In this document: one piece after another, positions 37,401 to 49,400 of the stretch
Position numbering within the stretch: position 1 is the stretch's first letter
Layout of the letters: the number at the start of each line of letters is the position of its first letter
DNA from: Phoronis australis
Lineage: Eukaryota; Animalia; Phoronida
Reading direction: 5' to 3'
Assembly: GCA_002633005.1 (NCBI GenBank)
Contig: NMRA01000264.1
Span: forward strand, 211,353 to 275,352
DNA length: 64,000 bases
Notes under the pieces: model-generated
The model's input: only the letters and a program-made list of their open reading frames with translations
Databases searched by the model: none
Told to the model about the DNA's origin: nothing
Made by a program: the position numbers and the translations under genes

Positions 37401-40400
37401 TTTTTCCAAACTGAGAAGATTTCTTAATGAGTGTAACGGACCGTGAAAAACAGTTTCAACAGAGAGTAACTACAGTGTTGCTGCCTACTACAGTTACAGT
37501 AAAATTTAACTAATTTTGTACAAAAATAAATAATGGTTAAAATTGAGGCTTTAACATTTTTCAAGGGCTCTCAGTAAGGTTGTTGCTGCGTGTGTTTGCA
37601 ATTTTTACATAATACTGTCAGATGGTAACTATGCTTTGAAACTTCAAAATGGTAAAAGCACCAATTTATTACTACTTATTATCTAACAAATGACAAGAAC
37701 TTTTCTTGTCTGTCATATTGCGTCATAAATTGATGAATCATAGTGCACAAATCATCTGAAACTGAAAACCAATACCACAGTAATAAGATACCTATTACTA
37801 GGATCATTTTTGATCATGAAATAGTTTTCAGGCCAATTTTAAAGCACATCCATAGGTCCAACAGACAATGGAATAAATAGCAAGTACCAGCAGAAATCCT
37901 TGTTGATTTGACATACTTATGTATAACCCCATTTACTTCATGCTAAGTGAATAGAACACTTAGTGGTGATGTAACATCCTGACTCCTCCAGTGCAAAATA
38001 TTGATAGCTGCTCAAGGATGACAAAATAACGAAAGCAATCCAGACCACTACATGTGAGACGTTGAAAACGTGCCGAGTACGAAAGCTTTTGGACATGGTG
38101 AACCGTTTATTTGTGGTTTCTGACAGCGAAATGAGCAATGGAGATTATTTTTCACATATCTATTCACATAATGACACACAACAGCCACAAATTGTAGAAA
38201 ATCTCAGCAAGTTTTCAAAATTCACCAAATCTGAGCCATCACACTTGCCAACCTGAAAAACTCCCATTCACTGAGACAGGGACAACAATTTACAACCACC
38301 CACCACATGAACCATGGAGTGACCCAGGACTACCTACTGCAGCCGACATATTTCATTATTATCACACATACACCCCAGAAAGCCTTAGAATTTCTACACA
38401 CAGCAGTTTGAGTATTTGGCTACATCCTGGAACTTCAGCACTTGTCCACGAGCACTTGCACTGACAGTTCGTCAGAGCTCCTCGTGTAAATCGTAAAACA
38501 ATTTTAACAACATAAGTATCATGTTTACCGTAAACGTTCGGGTTAACGCCCATGCTCAGTTAACCGCCCACCCCCTACTTTAGGTGGATTTTCGATTTAA
38601 CCGCCCACTGCTCGGTTAAGCGCCCCCCTGCGATTTTTGAAGATTTCCAGTTAAGCGTCCACCTCTCGGTTAAGCGCCCACCTCTCGGTTAAGCGCCCAT
38701 CCCAGACTTTTAAAGAATGAAGATTTAGCGCCCAGTGCTAAGGAAACGCGCGATTCTCCGACTTTTAGAAAAAGATCGATGATCACAATGAGCGCAACGA
38801 CGCCAGGCCTCCGAGACGGTGGTTTAGCAATGTGAATTGCAATTATACAAGTAACGAGTTATTGTCTTGGGTCATGGACTCGCTTCAAAATATAATACTT
38901 GAACGTTTTTGTCACTTTATTTTCTTTCCATGTTTGCAAAGTTTAAGAACGCCGCCGGCGTCAAAACCTCCGCTTTCAGCGACTTTGTCTGCCGCGCTGA
39001 GTTTTCGTCTGCAGTGCACTTGATAAAACATTCGAAAAAATCAGGCCAGAGAAATGAGACAATGGTTACAAGTATATAGTCACGCCCGTTTCTGTTACTT
39101 AGGACTGTCGCTATTCTCTTTTGATGTGTGACTTTGTAGTGGTGCATGCGCGCAAGTTCCCACACTTTGGAGCGCATGTTACCTTGACACCAACATGTGA
39201 TTGACAGGTGACTGGCACGTAGGCCCTACGCGCGTGCTGAATCCCGCCGCTATCTTTGGCCATAAAAAACAGATGCATATTGAAAGAGGCCGTTATATTA
39301 CTTGACAGCATTTCCAAATCACGATTGTCAGCCGACTGAGACATTGCGCGCTAACAACGGGACCGAACAGTGCCGCAGTGCAATATTGCAAGTGATATAA
39401 ATAGGATAATCTGGACATCTTGCATGAAAAATAAATGTTTTTCCACCACGAAGTTTGGTAAGGTGATCGTTTATGAATTGAAACATCGCTGTTTTGTAGC
39501 GTATATCACATATTTATGCCGTGGCTCGAAATTTTATTCTTGATTGACGAGTGGCACACGGCCGCTTAACCCCGATTCTTGTCTTGGGCCTACTTCTTTG
39601 CCGAGCATGTTTGGCGCAACGGCAAGTGAGCAATGCCGGGCAGTCGAGATTAAGCAGCAAGCCACAGAACCATACGCTGAAAATGTCATTGAGTCACGGA
39701 GTGTTGACTATAAACATCCCAAACACAAAAAACATCTGAATTAAGGTTTTCAAACTTTTATTACAACCAATTTTAAAACTGCTCTCTGACTATGAACTTG
39801 GCAGCTAGTACGAGACTGTAACCATAAATCTGATGTCTGCTGTGACCTCTGCAACACGTGAAGCTTGCACGCGCGCACTTTAGCAAGATGAAATAGTTGC
39901 AATCCAAGTAGAGGCTGCGTGGTCACTGGTCGTCTGCGCTCTACACTACAGGGCTAAATAACAAGACCGCAGGACGGCACGGGGCTATTACTCAGCAATT
40001 CTGTAAATTTAATAGTGAATAACTAATCTGAGGGCATGATAACCTTTGTTAGGATCATCCGCTGTTATGACATTTTTCCCGTCATGTGGCGACGTGACGA
40101 TAACGCTCTTTGAAAAGTGCTACGCGTTCCGAGTAGGCCTACTACTACGTGTGTAGTGTGGGTACTTAGATCACGAGGTAAGATTAACCGCCCAGGGCGC
40201 TTGCCTGTCGTAATAAGCGCCCATGTTCGGTTAACCGCCCACCCTGGATTTTTTGAAGTTTCACGTTTAAGCGCCCATGTCTGGTTAACCGCCCACCCCC
40301 GATTTTTTGGGTTTGCCAGTTTAACCGCCCAGGGCGTTAACCCGAACGTTTACGGTAATTATACATTTGGAATCGGATGCATGGTATTCCCCTAACATAC

Positions 40401-43400
40401 ATCATACAGGTCAATACCTAAGGCACTTTTAAGTTTGGAACTCGAAAATCTGGGGAGATGGTCTTAAGCTGAGCAGATGTGTTTAAAAACAGAAATTTTT
40501 TAGGAGTTACCAGTTGAACAACTGCCGGTGCGGGTAAATGCCCAGGACTTGCGTGAAAGCCATAAATAAAACATAGGAGAATGCGAGTACTCTCCCCACT
40601 CGAAAACTTTGAGTAGTTGTTATTCAACTCGAAGTGAGTTTCATTTATTTTGGTAGCTAAAACTCACTTGAAACAAGCTTTCACACAACACAGGAGCTTT
40701 CAAATAATAATCTCCATCTTGATAAAATTCACTTGCTTAAGAACATTTGTTGGGAAGATTCAGATGTTTCCACCATAAACTAAGGGAAATCCATTCATTG
40801 AAAAGGACCATTAGTTGGGATGGAAACGTCCGGATCCTCCACAACATATGTTCGTGGTATGTCGATTTTATCTGATTAACATCATCAAGATTCTCGATCT
40901 TATAAACTGTGGGTGNAAAAGTACAAATTTGGAAATTTAAAAGGTGGCCATTAAGCCGAACCTGGGCGTCATCCGGGATGAGAGGTGTAACAAAATAAGC
41001 AATTTTGCTGTTTAGAAAGATGATCTCACAAGTAATCTAAACACACTTAAGTTAGAGAAATATGGACTGAATATCAGGCAGGAAACTGGTAAAAATATTC
41101 AGCGGAACTGTGGCATGTGAATCTAGTTCACAATTGAGATCACAAAAGCATGGTTTATATTTCATTTATGAAAAATAATACCCAAGGTAGGAGATGGTAT
41201 TCTATTATTATAATACAAACATGTAGTTTAGGAAGAGTCACACCTAATGACTTAAAGATAGCATTCAGATCACAATTGTTCATGAATACAAAGCAATTCA
41301 TAGGCAATCCTTCATATTCAAAACCTTCAGCTCATGAAAACTGAAAGAAGAATTCCCTCTATGTGTGTGACATTTAATCAATGAAAAGTAATGACATGGT
41401 TATCAACAACTAATCATCCCTCTAAGGTCAGTTTGTGACTGTATCGCTAACAGTGGAGATTCACAGCAATTGGTCAAACCAAAGAGTGGTCAAACCACAG
41501 AGCGGTCAAACCACAGAGTGGTCAAACCACAGAGCGGTCAAACCACAGACTGGTCAAACCAAAGAGCGGTCAAACCACAGTGGTCAAACCACAGACTGGT
41601 CAAACCAAAGAGCGGTCAAACCACAGAGCGGTCAAACCAAAGAGCGGTCAAACCAAAGAGTGGTCAAACCAAAAAGCGGTCAAACCAAAGTGCGGTCAAA
41701 CCACAGAGCGTAACCAATGACATAAGTTCACCTTCTGCTTACTTTAAAATTCCATCACTGAACTGCACTTCCAGTCAACTTCCCAAAATACCCTAAATGC
41801 CATTCTTGTTTTGTGGTGTTAACCCACAATTCTGCGCACTCGTAGGACTCCGGTCTTAGAACTCAGCTGCCATGCTTAGGACAGACAGGGCAGTCTAAAA
41901 TCCTGCTATCGATAATTTTTTGACATAATGAAATTTCATAATTTTTCATCACTTCAACATAGAGTTTACAGGATTTTATTCTGACAGATAATCCATATCA
42001 AGTTGAAAACAGAATATATTTGTTCATTGTCAAGTACCTCACATTATTTGAGTTAACATTTCATAGATATGCCCCTCAAATTTACCAAAATTTTCATGGA
42101 TGTGCCATGTCCCAACTGATCGAAACAACCAGATATTGTTTTGAAGAGAATTATCTCGTCTGTTGGCTCCTGTCATCCATATCAGGATATTCGGCTGAAA
42201 AATATATTTTTAGAACTTTCTTTAAGCATTCTTATAGGCTGCCGAACAGTTACGGAAGGCAACAAGGTCAAGGCGCATCCTGATTGACCAGCTTTGTTTA
42301 TATTCAACCCATTAGCAACCAACAGGCATCTATTTTGATGTCTTGATTACATCAAAGTTTACTGCTTTCATTGAAATTTTATTACGGTTCTTTCATGGTT
42401 CTTCCATGCGACAGACAGAGAATGGGGCAATAAAATGACCAGCAAAGCGTCCTTTTCGGTCGGAGAAGAGAAGCAGGAAACAGCAAATTTCAAAAGCACA
42501 AGAGGCTAAATTCAGCACTCAATAGGTGCAAGTTAGCGAGTGCGATTAATCGGCCAGCGTTGCCAGTGATAACAAATAAATGGAAATGGTCGGAAGGAAG
42601 TTAACCAATAATAGGTCTGATGGTGAGGAAATAGTTCCAGACTCTGCTTCAAGGGAAAAACTTACTACTAATGTTTATGTGTATTGTAGCAATAATTATC
42701 AGTTGAGTGATGAAGAAGTCACCACAGTGACTTAAGTGTTTGCTTGACATGTTGAAGTCACCACAGTGACTAGTGTTTGCTTGACATGTTCCAATTCAAC
42801 AACAAAGTGATTAATTTGTAATGTCCTGGGGTGGTAGTCTGCAGAAACCTTGGAAAACTGTAGGCTGGCTTTTCAAGGGAAATAGCCTTTTTGTGCACTT
42901 TGACTCAAGAGTGTTTGATTACTTGTTATTCAAGTGCATGGCTGAGGTAAACCACCTGATAACACTTTTGGCCCACGGCTTCCACCAGGGTCATGTGATT
43001 CTCTTAAAGTTTGAGTCTATGTTCAGTTTGAAAAATATGTATGAAAAAACGTTTCAGCGCATCAATAAGTCAGTTCAGCAAAGTTATGTTCAAGTCAGAT
43101 ATGAACACATGGATGCAGCAGCAGCAATTGGTCCGCCAAGCATACTTAAATTTAGACCCTACGTTGGATCTCAATGACACTATTGACATGGCCGTGTCAT
43201 GCAACTGCACTTGACACAACTGACATGACCGTGTCGTACAATTCCACTTGACACAACTGACATGGCCATGTCATACAATCACACTTGGCACAACTGACAC
43301 AGCCGTGTCATAGAATTGCACTTGGCACAACTGACATAGCAGTGTCATGCATTTGTACTAGACACAACTGACATAGCCATGTCATGCAACTGCACTAGGC

Positions 43401-46400
43401 TCTAATGCAATTTCTCATCCTCCTACCAAGTAGGAATTGTAAACAAAGTTACAACAGGTAATATTTTAGACTATACTGTCACGCATGTGTTTTAGCAAAA
43501 AATGGCAGCTAAAGCACTGGTGACTAGATTGAGAATAATCGCAGAGACTTAATGTAGAAATACGCTCGTTCTAGCAAGTGCATGGAGAAAAATCATCGAG
43601 CTTGGTTGGCCACCACAAATCGTGAATTAAAGTAAGACCAGGAAGGAGATACCTATGGTGCTGGGATGAACATTGACAAAATTATGCTAAAAAATAAAAC
43701 TGTGTCTTAGGCCTTTTATAACAGGATATGACAAGGAAAATAGAATCGCAAACCTTCATTCTTACATTTCTCAAGATGTGCATTTTTGTTAACAAATGTT
43801 GTAAATAAAAAATGACCTATACTTGTGAAATTTGGCATGCACTGTCTTATCATGTATGTCTATAAAATTACAAGAGTATTTTCTCAACATTTCAATGTAA
43901 AAAATTTAAATTTCTGAATAATTGATTTTTCCGGATTTCTTCATCTAATTTTCAGTATAATGTAAAAAAATGACACTCAAGAAATTTTCAATTTCCTCTT
44001 GTTTTAAAGATCCTTGCTTTTAGTATAATGCAAAGAAAACAGATTAGAAAAATGTCTAAAGGTTTGCATGGTAATAGCGTTACTCGTGGACGTATCAATT
44101 TTAACGTACTTTTGACATTGCCATGGCATCCGAATATTTTTTTCCTAATGAACATTTTTGTGACTGGTACATCACAAACATTTGTCCCCTCTGACTTTAT
44201 TTAAATCCATCAATATTTACAGATTTTGATAAAATACCGTCATGTCTGACCTTAAATCACCAATTTACACCAAAATTGGTTCATCGTTGGCCCTTCTAAT
44301 GCTAATGAAGTCTTACTGTAATGCTCATGCAATGCTGACACAAAATTTGACAAGCCAAGAAGGCGCGACATCTCATTCTGGGCTCAGAAATGTGTTAGCA
44401 GGCTAATCTTGTGAAAGCTAAAACATCAATCACACAACATGTTTTCTAACTAGACAGCAGTAAGTGCTTGGAACTACTGTTGGTAAAGAGACATTGCATC
44501 CTCTTATGACCAGTACAGATCTGCCCCTTGAATGAACATTGTCCAGTCACGACTACAAAATACTCAAAAGCAAATGGAATAGTCATTCGATAATGTGACT
44601 TTCATCACATTTTTTGACAATGAGCTTTAGCAACCGAAATAGAATCACAAGAAATGCATTTCCTGGTTTCTATACGACACGATGACCTGTCTACAATGGT
44701 TGCTATTATGGTAAAGGGAATTCTTTAAAATTATGGAAGAAGCCAAGTCCATCCCCCTATGTTCAGGGATCGATGCTTCACGTAATATCAACTTGCAAAT
44801 GTGAACTTGTAAAATTGCCAGGTTGCCAAACAGCAACTGAGGGTGTCCAACCTCAATGGCAAGAGCCGAAAATGAAATAAAACTAGATACCTGGACTGAA
44901 AATCTCGTGAACTCAGAAAACGTCCGACTGTGCACCCCAGCTCGCCAAGACGCCATTTTTAGTGATAGGACAACATGCCCCTCTCGCACAGGCTTGCCTC
45001 CCGAGGCAGACGAATACAGCTGACATGTTGCTTGCAAATGACTCATATACAGACCCCTCCATTTTTTGCTAAACGATTCTGACTTCTGATTGTTTACATC
45101 CAGTAATACTTTAGTGCGTGCTCATAAGTGTGAGTGACGGATTGCGATTTTAACAATGTCGCCCAACAAAATCTGATGTCACGTTGGTGGCCTACAAGTC
45201 ACCAAATCAAACCCCGATGTTACACTGTGCAATAAAAAATTTGTATCAAATCTAGCATGGTCATTTAACCCTATAGTAAAGTAGGGTGCACATTACTTCA
45301 CATTGTTAACTTTATTTGCCACCGCATCCTCCACTTCGTAAAAGATTTTAAAATTCTCCACATTTTTGCACAAGCACACTGACAGATGTCACGCAGAAAA
45401 CATGTTTTTAAATTCAGGTTACAAAAGTGAACTCATGATTACATATCTAAGTTTCACCAGTGACATCAGACAGAGATGCAATATTAGAAGAATTTTTCAA
45501 ATGATCTTATACCAAGTCAATTTCCACATCACCCATTCTTCAAAAATCAAGTTGTAAAACTACAATCAAACTGAGGGTGGAGATAATTGTTTTAATTTGA
45601 TAACATTTCCACTTGCCCTTTAAATCCAGGCAACTTTCACATCTGGCTGCACCAGGGCATCCCTAGTAGAGTTAATGCCTGAATGACCCTTCAGACATAC
45701 CAGTGCATGAAGCTGAGCCGCACAGCCACAAAGTACATACTTCCCAACCACAGGAGAACTGCAGACCATTTTTGCAAGGGTCAATGGAAGCTAATTACTG
45801 TGGAAAGGATGGAATTTGGATCCATACAAGCCTCATTGGCCTTGTATTGACATAAACTGTTATGAATCAATATCATAATTAAACAGGGCCATTATGACCA
45901 AAGGCCTGACAGATTTGACAAACTATGCACATCAATTTTATGACAGCTGCCAGAGTGGAAGGACCTGAACACTTTTACAGTAATGTCAACTGCTGTAAAC
46001 CACAAATTTCTATCACTGATTATTGAAAAGTTCACAAAACCCTTTCAATAAAGTAAGAACATCAGTTTTCTGACAAACACTGGAGGGCAGGGCAGAGTCT
46101 AAGGACTGGTGTGAAAAGCTCACAAAAAATCTGCTGGTTACACAAGGTTACACAAAATGACACAATGGCAGGATGTTTATCCAATCAAAAATGAAGGAGT
46201 TTAAAGTCAGAGCAGATTTATTGCACTTTAAATAAATCACATAGGAGAGTATTAAAAACTCCCAGCATTTAAAGCGATCCCTTTAAATTTGCGAAAGGTA
46301 ATGCCAGATGTCCGCAAAAGTATTTTTTTCGTGGTGAGAAATATAATTCAAACATCACTTAGAGTCTTTACAGTTTACATAACCAATAACCAAAAATCGT

Positions 46401-49400
46401 ATTGAAACTACAGACGTAACTGCATGTAAAAAAATCAAAAACTTTCAGCATGCGAAATGAAAGTCCGTTTTACTGTAAAATAGTGGCAAAATCATGTTTC
46501 TAGCAGATGTTCTTAAAAATGTCCAGTCAACTCGTCATTCTAAATAAACTTTAATCCAAGGAACCTTCGCAAGACTAACATCAAAGAATAACAAAAGAGA
46601 TAGTGACAATTATTGCATGAAGTCAACCACAGTTCACTTATATTCTCTCCCCTTAAAAGTGAAATAATGGTTGTGTTTTCAGTTTACAATGACTACTGGA
46701 TTCAATATCACACAAAATATTTAGATGTATTTAAAAGAGATTAACACACTTAGCCAATCACTAAAATTCAAAGACTCCCATTTCATTTTCAACAGTGATA
46801 TGCATTAGTCTAATAGTTTTTTGCAGAATTTCATTGGGTTTGCTTTCAGAAGGAGGGTTAGTTTTGTATTGGGAATGAATGTCAACAATACTAAGAACTT
46901 CTTTTTGTTAAAGACAGGTCAAATGTGCCCCACGGGTCAAACATTCACAATGACAGAAAATCATTCTCTGAAACAGTCGTGAATGCTTTGCCAAAAATAT
47001 CCAAATGGTGTGGTAAAATGAGTGAGTTAGAAGGTGAAAATTAATATTTTGTTTAAGGTCAGAGTTTGCATCAAATTTTAGAAATGTTATATATGTCATT
47101 CAAAAATTCAAGAATTAGATTAACAACAATCACTCACCTGGATGTTATACACTATGGGGTTGCACGAACATGTTGTGTCTGCGGTTATTTTTGACAAATG
47201 TCAAGTCTATTTTCAAATTGATACAAAACACAAACAGCATCCCATTGAAATATGATACATGCCACAATAGCCCATGTCCCAATATTCTGATAAAGAAAAT
47301 CAGTTCAGTAAAAGTACTTGGTTACCACAAATTTTAGATTTTGTTACAAACAGGAAGTTTTTTGCGGTAATTTTTATATGTATGAAACTTGAAGTGAAGA
47401 ACAAGCAAGCTGACCAAATGGTGAAGCACACAAGTTGAAACAGGATTGGAAACCACACATTTCCTTGGAAGGCAACATTGCACTAAAGAGGCCTTTCCTC
47501 ACAGACTACACAACTTGTCACCCGAGGCAAGTGACACATCACATTGGTCAACAGCAGAGATTTTGCTATTTGCTCTAGGTTTTGGACATTGTCTTGATTT
47601 TTCAAAATCTTTCAGGACGCTTTGAAACTCAGTCAGACAAAATTCGCCACTGGAGAATGATGGCCGAAGTTGACCGCAATCAAGTGTAGTTAGTAGTTCT
47701 TTAGCTTGAATGGTCAAGTTTGTGACCAACATGAGGGGCAAAGGGAGCGACTCCTGTATACGCTATTCCCATAAATGAATGGGGCAAATGTCTGGACTAA
47801 AGTAAAATCAATCAGACATTCTGAAAATATATCAGTACCACTGGATGGTCCACACTTAACAAAATCTCTGGACAAGGGATCACCACTATCAATTTTAAAT
47901 TTTAGGATGCTAACTTGGAAATTAGTAAAAAAAATCAAATCTCCGAATAGTACCAAACCTAGATAAAGTAGGGCTGAATAAAACATAACTGAGAGTAAAA
48001 TTAATAGATGTTTAATTTCACGAATTAAGCACCAAATAACCTGATTATATGGTTGTTTACAAGCATGTACTAAATACTAATAGTAAAATTTCCAGAAAAT
48101 ATCCCAAATTTGCTCATTTTTCATTTTAAACATTATTGTGAATGCTGGCAATTTTTCAAAAAATTTGCCCAGGTGATAGCTAGGGTGCAGAACTTGAACA
48201 TGGTAAACCACTATTTCATGGAAAAGTGAAAAAAAATTCAAAATTCCACGCGTCCACCCTGTTGTGTCCTAAACTGGTGATTTTACAGTAGTGAGCCAAT
48301 GAAATTCATCCCAGGTCTTTGGCAAGAGCTGATAAGGAAGAAAGGTTCAAACCAGGGTAGTTCATGTAAATTAGATTAAAATGTTCCAGAATGGATAATT
48401 TCAGTCTGCGTGCATTAGATAAAAATGTTTCAGCAGGGCTAGTTCCACATACCTATGAGATTTTAATTATAGTAAAATCTAATCAAATTCCTGCCAAAAT
48501 TGTCACTCTTTCATAATTCAACTCATAAAGTGTTCACAGCATTTCAAAATTTGGCGTGATGGTAGGCTATGGCACAAGACTTGGCGCGATGGAAGGGTAT
48601 GGCACAACACTTGGACATGGGAAATCATTAATTTGATGCAACATATCTTTTTCGCAAAAATGAGAAATGTTAAATTTCACTTGGGCCCCATACTGTGTTT
48701 TATATCGGCAAGATATTACTTTAATTATTTGTAACGTTTAAGCAGGGATAGTTTCATCATGTGACATAAGACTAAAATTAGTCACCTGTAGAGCTGTTTG
48801 AATAATATAAAACTTACAATTTGTTAAAACGAAAAAACTTCCACGTCAAATTTAAAGTTTCTTAATCATTGTTGTTGAGCATTTTTGATTGGTTTTGAAA
48901 TTATTAAAATTTCACGAAGTTTTGAACTTTTTCCACAAACAGGTTTCTGACTTTTCTGGATACAGCGATTAAATTTTGCATGACTATTGTTGGAGAATCC
49001 AGGGACAGGCAGCTTTGAAGATTTGTTTGGTACCTGTATCAAAGATCATGACATCATTCATTTTTAACGCAGAAAAACTTGGGTTTAATTTGAATTTTAC
49101 GCAACGAGAGATTCATTCAGACCTAGCAACTTTAACATTTAAATCTTAAAGAGAAGGTGTCTCTGGAGTTGTCAAGAAAGTGTTACCTCTGTCACAAAAT
49201 CTGGGTGTGTGCAAGCTATTCAATTTTGATCCAGTATTGCACAGAATTTGAAGGTTGAGGAAACATTTTTGTTCATTTTTAATAATCCGAGGGTAAAATT
49301 TAACCAGTTTAGGGCAAAATTTGGCGGATGGGTGAAATTTTATTTTTTCATTTTTACATTACCAGAACGATATTCTGCCATACCTAAGTTCCAAAACATA

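Noticed and set aside
41435-41796. Repetitive ORFs here and at 49-252, 15018-15221 and 34817-35168
   Set aside because: Translations of minisatellites, with no splice or homology support
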